DNA of 64,000 nucleotides from Eledone cirrhosa (taxonomy: Eukaryota), in assembly GCA_964016885.1 (NCBI GenBank), contig OZ024740.1, forward strand, positions 256,804,001 through 256,868,000, written 5' to 3'. Positions 57,957 to 64,000 of the stretch are shown one piece after another (position 1 is the first letter of the stretch; the number at the start of each line of letters is the position of its first letter). A program made the translations under genes and the position numbers. The notes beneath the pieces were generated by a model that worked only from the letters and a program-made list of their open reading frames with translations, was not told the DNA's origin and ran no database searches.

Positions 57957-59943
57957 CTATACTCTTCGATTGATAGTTCCTCCTAGGTCCCTGAAATCAT
58001 CAACTGCGTTGGGGAATTTCGATTTAATGTTTGTGTATTGTTTCTGTGCTATTTTTAGCAGTCTTATGTTAGTTGGCGTTTTGATTGGTGCTGGTATTAT
58101 GTAGTCGTGTTGTGAAATGTCTGTGTGTTCAATTATGTAAGTCATTAGTTTCTTGTTGTGTGTATTTATTGCCGTGCATTTGTTTTTCTGGGGGTGGGGT
58201 GTGGTTCTGCTATTTTCTTGTCGTTGTTGCTGGGTGTGTGTGTTTTGTTGTTGTGTTTGCGATGTTGGTGCTTGTGGTGGTGGCGTTGAAGGTGTTGTTG
58301 GCGGTGGGGTTGTCGCCGGTGGTGATGGTGGTGCTAGTGTGGGTGGTGATGGTGTTGGTGGTGTTGCTGCTGTGAGTCTCTTTGCAGTAGACTTTACCCT
58401 TTTCTCTTTTCTTTCCTCCCTTTTCAAAGGCGACGATACGCTGCTTCTGCGTTTGTGCCTTCTTACGACCTTTTGCCATCCCTCTTCCACCTCACACTCC
58501 ATGTCTGATTCTGTGAGGTCGGAGAGGGGTACCAGTTCCACTCTTTCACTTGTTGTTGTTGGTGATGTTTGCACTGGAGTCTCTGTTGCAGCTGCATTTG
58601 GTATTGCTGTTGTTGTTGTTAATATTTCCACTGCTGCTGCTGTTTTTGATTTCCGTGGCGTGGGTATGGGTGCCACGGACCTATCGTTCCTGGTTGCCGC
58701 TTGTCCTGTTGCTGGTAGCCGTGGAGCCGGTTTCGGAAGGAGGGTGGTTTTCTCCTTTCTCAGGGTCTTCTCGTTGCAGAAGGCCCTGAGGTGAGTCTTC
58801 GATCCACAGCGAAAGCATTTCGGGCGTTTTCCCTCAACACTTATGGGCAGTTGAGTGCCGTTATCGAAGTCTATCACATCCGGGATAGCTTCGATGCACT
58901 CCTGGTTGGTTTGGATTAGCATCTCAATGGAGGTGCCGACCCAATCTTCTCTTACTTTTTTCTGTACTTGCAGTACAGTTGTTTTGTCCTCGATTCCGAC
59001 GAGGACAGACGCGGCCAGCCAAGAAGGGACCATTCCGGGGGGGACGGGGGGGGACGTGGGTCAGTTTGACCCTCACAATTTTTTGCCCGCAGTAGGAGGG
59101 CACCAACACCATTTCCTCGCTCCTTAGGGTCACTACGGATTGGGCCTTTGCCTCCTGGGGTGTGGAAAAAAGTACGTCTACGGTGGCATATTTTTTGCCT
59201 CGGGTGATGTGTGTTTTCCGCTGCCACACAGACCCCAAGGCTTTTTGTATTTGAGCCTCTGTGGCTCTTTCCACCCTACGGGATTTTGTACTTACTGTAC
59301 GGTACGTGACCGTACAGTGCTGTTGGGTTTCGAAAAATGTTTCCGCTGCCTTGCAGATTGCTCGGTGTCCATTCTTTGTCACCATCTTCTTCGCTTCCTC
59401 TAATTCCTCATTTGTTATGAGGATTGTTTCCAAGTTTTTCGCAATACCTGAAAATGAGATTGGTTTTTCTTTGCTGCTGTTGTTGTCGTCAGAGCTGCTG
59501 TTACTTTTGTTGTTGCTGCAGGTACTACGACTACTGCCTCCGCCACTGTTGCTGTGGTTGTTGTTGGTGTTGCTGCTGCCAATGCTGTTGTTGTTTATGC
59601 TGCTGGTGATGCTGTTGCGGCTGCTACTGTTGTTTTCATTGTCACTGTTGCTGTTGTTATTACGGCTGCTACTGCTATTATTCCTGACGTCAGACGAATG
59701 AACTGGGTTTTCGTATTTCCCGCACACCTGTTTCGTCGCTGTCGTCGTCGTCGTGGAGAAACCTTGCACGCTTTGCACGAGACTTTTCTTTTCTTTCATC
59801 GCTTGCGAAAGAGAAGGGAGGGAGAGAGACACATTTAAAGAAGGGAGGGAGAGAGACAATCTTCTCTCTGCTGTAGTGATGATTGAGGAAGAAGAAGACG
59901 GAATGAGTGGGAGTGACCTATGAAAATTCTTTTTCGTAACCAT
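57957..59943 (-). pseudogene. Tx1/L1 ORF1 (gag-like, CCHC knuckle), frameshifted
   Basis: ORFs 58924-59979 and 57957-59033 join across a gt(c)8gt(c)7 duplication near 59037-59055; knuckle CFRCGSKTHLRAFC. Start codon uncertain. Confidence 0.8.
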
Positions 59944-60159
59944 GTTGTTTTTTTTGTTTAAAATAAATATTGGGCACAAAACCCCAATAAGCAGTTATTT
60001 AACCCCGAAGGGCCAAATAACGGGCAGAAAGACCCCTCTCACGAGGAGGAGGGTGTTTTTGTCTACAAGTTCGTTAAAGTTTTAAACAACTTACAATTGT
60101 TATAGCGTTCAAAATTTACAATACCTTACAGAGCCGAGCCTCCGTCAACCATAGCATTC

Positions 60160-63100
60160 AATAATAATAATAATAATAATAGTTTCATTTATTGGCCACA
60201 AGTGCCGACATACAGGGGACAATACAATACAATAGATGGGGACTGGGGGTTTTACATAAAAATTGAGGAAAGAATAGGAAAACAATGACAATAAAAAAGT
60301 AAAATACAACAATGAAAATTTCCCAATAAAGGGGATATCCACCCAAGGTTGATTCAGGTACCCCACCAATCCTGAACCACCCGGTGTTTCGGGGGCAGCC
60401 GGGAAGGGCACCCATCTCCCCCTAAAATTCAGCAACCTACAGGCGCATGATCAGAGTAGACCCACTCACACGGCCTATTCTCGCCACATTCACCCACCTT
60501 TCAGCAAATGTATTGGAGGGCAGCACTTCTCTCTCCACCCTCACTTTCCTTTCCAAGTGAAAATTGTAAAAGTTGATAATGGATTGGTCGAAGAGAAAAG
60601 TGTCTCTCTTCATTCTTTTCAACCGGGTCCACCATACAAGCTCTTTCGCTACTTCCGCCAGACAGAGGAAAATTGCCTGCCCTTCCTGGCCTTCCTGGGT
60701 CGATCTTCACTATAGACTCGGCCCATAGCCGGATACGTTCTACACGCGACAACAGCTGTTCGACATAACTCCACAAGTCAATAGTACACGGACACTGGAC
60801 AAGTGCGCGCAGAACGGTTTCGTCGCTCTGCGCGCATCTCCGGCGCCTCCGCCTGACAGCACTTCCGTGCCTGTAGAGTTTATCTCGAACCGACAGTGCT
60901 CCCCGGTAGAATTACCAGGCGAGGGATTACTGGAAGTCATCCATTGTCCACGGCTCCAAAGTCCACCGGAACAGAATGGTCAGTTCGACATCGTCGACGC
61001 CCAGAGCCTCTCCGAATGCGCCGTCTCACTTGCCTGCCACTAATCCTCAATAGAACTCGAGAGAGGAGTTTCCACTGATCGTATTGACAGCCAGGTAGAC
61101 GGTAGTGAGTGCCTAGCAACATTCCAGATGCCAGACACCCAATTTCGGTCTCTACTTGACTCAGGACTGTAGCTCAGTCAAAGAGATTAGCTGCGGAAAG
61201 GCTCGTCTGACAAACGGCGAACACACCTGTTGACCGTTTAGGCAGAATATCTGGAGATACTGCTGCCTCAGCGTATATTTGCACATCATTAGCCATGGCA
61301 TACCAAGCGCTGGCAGCAGATGGCCGGACGGCCTTACCAACGGAACCTGTACCCTCCACAAGAATTTGATGTGGAGCCGTTTCGATTTGGTGAGCCGCGA
61401 AAGAGGGCAACGCTCGACCTTCCCGATATATGCGTCCCCCATCTCCAGCCGACATTACAGGACAGCTTCCTCTCGGTCCATTTCTGGGTGTGAATGGCTA
61501 ACCTGATCGTCACCTCTTCCCAATTCATATCCTCCTGGAGGTCTGCTCGAAAACAAATTCCGAGTAACTTTACCGGTCCGTCCGTCCACCGCCCGACGAC
61601 GCTGTTGAATGGCATGGATTTGCCACTCCAGTGTTGAGCTGCAATCCCACCGACTTTTCCGGCTTAAATTGCGTTCTCGTCAACGTTTCATATTCCTCCA
61701 ATAAGTTGCCTACCACCTCGATTTCAGAGATGTCCGACACCATCATGGTCAAGGTGTTCGTACAACCAAAATAGCCTTTGCGCGTCCTGGTTCAAGTGGG
61801 ATGCTCTGCAACAGTTCCAGATTCCACAGTAAAAGCTCCAGAGTACAGAAGGGAGGAGAGAGCGTGCCCTTGATTGACCAATCGAGAGATCTGAAACGGT
61901 TCCGAAAGGTGGCCATTAACTTTGACCACCGAACAGATGCCGCTGTGCATGTAGCGATCCAGCTTCTGAAGACGGGACCGAATCAAGCTGACTTGAGGAC
62001 AGCCTCAAGAGTTAAAGGCCTAAAATTATCCCTCTTGTTCTCTAGTTTCCTCATCAGCATCATTACGCCCCACCTCAGAGAATTGGGAATTCTCTCGTTC
62101 TGCTGCCAGTTGCAGTAGAACGCTTCGAGGAAATCGGAGAAGAACAAATCTGGCATATCTACGTAAAGCTCGTAGGACAGACCATCCAAACGGGGTGATT
62201 TGCACCTCGTGCAACCGACTAGAGCATCCCAAATTTTAGCCGAAGTCATCGGCCTTTCGCACCGCCCAACATGGGCTGTCGAGAGACGTGGCATGCCGTC
62301 GAGGTAGGGATTGATGTCTGCCACCGTCTCCCACCCGCAAAGTGCTGGCGAAAGGCTTCACACATCTGCCTGGAATCATTCAGATCGCATCCGTCTCGGT
62401 CCGTCAAAGACCGAATTGTGGTTTTGTTACCAAGCTGCACCTCCACCACTCGGGCTCATCGAACTGCTTTCGTTCCCTCGTTCTTAGAGCACACACCTTA
62501 ACTCTGACAAAGCAGCCTTCGTTTTTCGCATTGAAGAAATGGTCTAGTGCCATTATCGCAGTTAGCACGTCGGTTACAATGCCACTCGTAATCGCCTTAT
62601 CTAATTTAGTTTATAACTATCCCTACACTTTATTTTTTCTTATCGCTACTTCTTTACTGAATGCTATGGACTTTCATCTAATCGCTCTCTTGAGAGCACC
62701 CAACCACCTGTTGTTGATGATGGCTCTTGTCAACTACAGCTTAGCTAATTTGCTAATCCGGTTGCCTTGGGCTCTACGCGCCAGGAACGATGTGTTAAGC
62801 TTCCAGTAAACGGGTCCCTCTCCACGTGTTCTATTTAGGTCGACCATTCAAGGCGACTGTATGTAATTGTGGACACCCTATACTATCCTTATCCACTAAC
62901 CTGATTAGAAACCTATCTAAGTACGATCTAGATGTCTCAAAGCGGTTTGTACAGGTTCACATTGGCGCATTGTGAAAATCTAGTCGGTACCTGTCAGACA
63001 GTTGATACTGGCTGATCAAGTTTTGAGGCGTTTGCAATCCCCACTTTTATCGGATACTCCCACAGAATCCCAACATGCGTTCAAGATGCCATTCCAGTCC

Positions 63101-64000
63101 CCAACTAACACTAAATGGTGAGACGTTCCTAGCAAAGCTTCCCGGCGCCTAAAGAATTCTCGCCCTCCTTCCCTAGTCGGGGTTTAGACAGCCATCAGTC
63201 TATAACACCACCTTCACTATTGTTCAGATCCAGGACTACCAACTTACCGTCCAGGTCCAGGAAGATCGTCCGTACCTCGAGACCCAGGCCTTTACTAAAC
63301 AGCACTGCCACCCGCTTCACCTTCGAGGCCGGCTAAGTGATGTGTAGATCTCAAAGTTGTCAAGAATAGGGGCTAGTGCGTGCGAGTAAGAAATCCTGGT
63401 CTCGCTGACAGCTGTCACATCCACGGCTTAGTGACCTGAGGTCGTTTAGCACCCGCCCTTGCTTCCAGGTCGAGCCCAGGTCACGAACATTTATGCATCC
63501 CACTCTTAATATCCCCATGTTGGTCAGAAAAAAGGAGAAATAAAGGTTGCTTATCCCCCGGGTGCTGTTGGAGGTCGGGTGGTTCGACCTCTATCCCTGG
63601 TTGGTGGTGTTCCTTTGGGAACCCCTTTAAAAGTCTACTTGAGGCTTTTACACTGGGTGTTCCCACGTCGTTGGTAAAGTTCTCCCTAATTGTTTTATAA
63701 TTGTCTAATGCAATCCGCACCAGCAAAAATGTTTGTGGCAACTTGAAGGTGCAGGTGCTGAATGCCTCCCTTTCTTTCTCTATGTCCTTTCTTCGTGTTA
63801 TGATGTTCAGTAGTTTTGTATTCGATTTCCTCTCTAACACGAAGTTAGGTGTTTTTGTGGTTGTGAGTTGTTGCTGTCTGTTTTCTTTTAGTTGTTTGTG
63901 TCAGTAGTTGTGTTGTTGGTGGAGGTGGAGTTTGTGTTGACGGTTGTGTTGTTGCGGGGTGGGTGTTGTAGTATGTGTGTTAGTCTTTGGTGTGAGTGTG
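60160..64000 (-). mobile_element. Degenerate Tx1/L1-clade LINE, runs off the window end
   Basis: ORF2 starts MGILRVGCINVR at 63518; many frameshifted APE/RT fragments (KSPRLDGL, NFRPLTL); 3' end gtggccaataaatgaaact(att)n; ORF1 tail at 63660-64000. Confidence 0.88.

Larger units (their letters stand above)
54061..60150 (-). mobile_element. Near full-length Tx1/L1-clade non-LTR retrotransposon
   Basis: ORF1 with zinc knuckle, ORF2 with APE endonuclease, RT and C-terminal Cys motif, 3' UTR ending gtggttaataaagaaatc(att)n. The 5' boundary is approximate. Confidence 0.92.

Overview
AT-rich, microsatellite-dense animal genomic DNA. The repeat landscape is most consistent with an octopus or other cephalopod (inference). 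It holds the last two coding exons of a GATA1/2/3-class transcription factor on + (C-terminal zinc finger 16020-16145; basic tail and stop 27942-28397); I found no N-finger exon in the window. Downstream are a head-to-tail stack of three Tx1/L1-clade LINEs on - (52.4-64 kb, one near full length) and a decayed fourth copy on +. There are also two tRNA-derived SINE families, an RTE-type fragment with a twin-priming inversion, and Penelope-like (GIY-YIG) remnants. The most notable unannotated signal is a set of about 7 sequence-unrelated families of short elements inserted in (TA)n. They share one layout: inverted arm, forward arm carrying all or part of a type I hammerhead ribozyme, then an unpaired 3' tail that often opens with an ACTC...GAGTRC hairpin. 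About ten complete or near-complete hammerhead cores can be read by eye, several with long stem II inserts, including a sense-strand pair just upstream of the GATA finger exon. All folds were done by eye, not computed.
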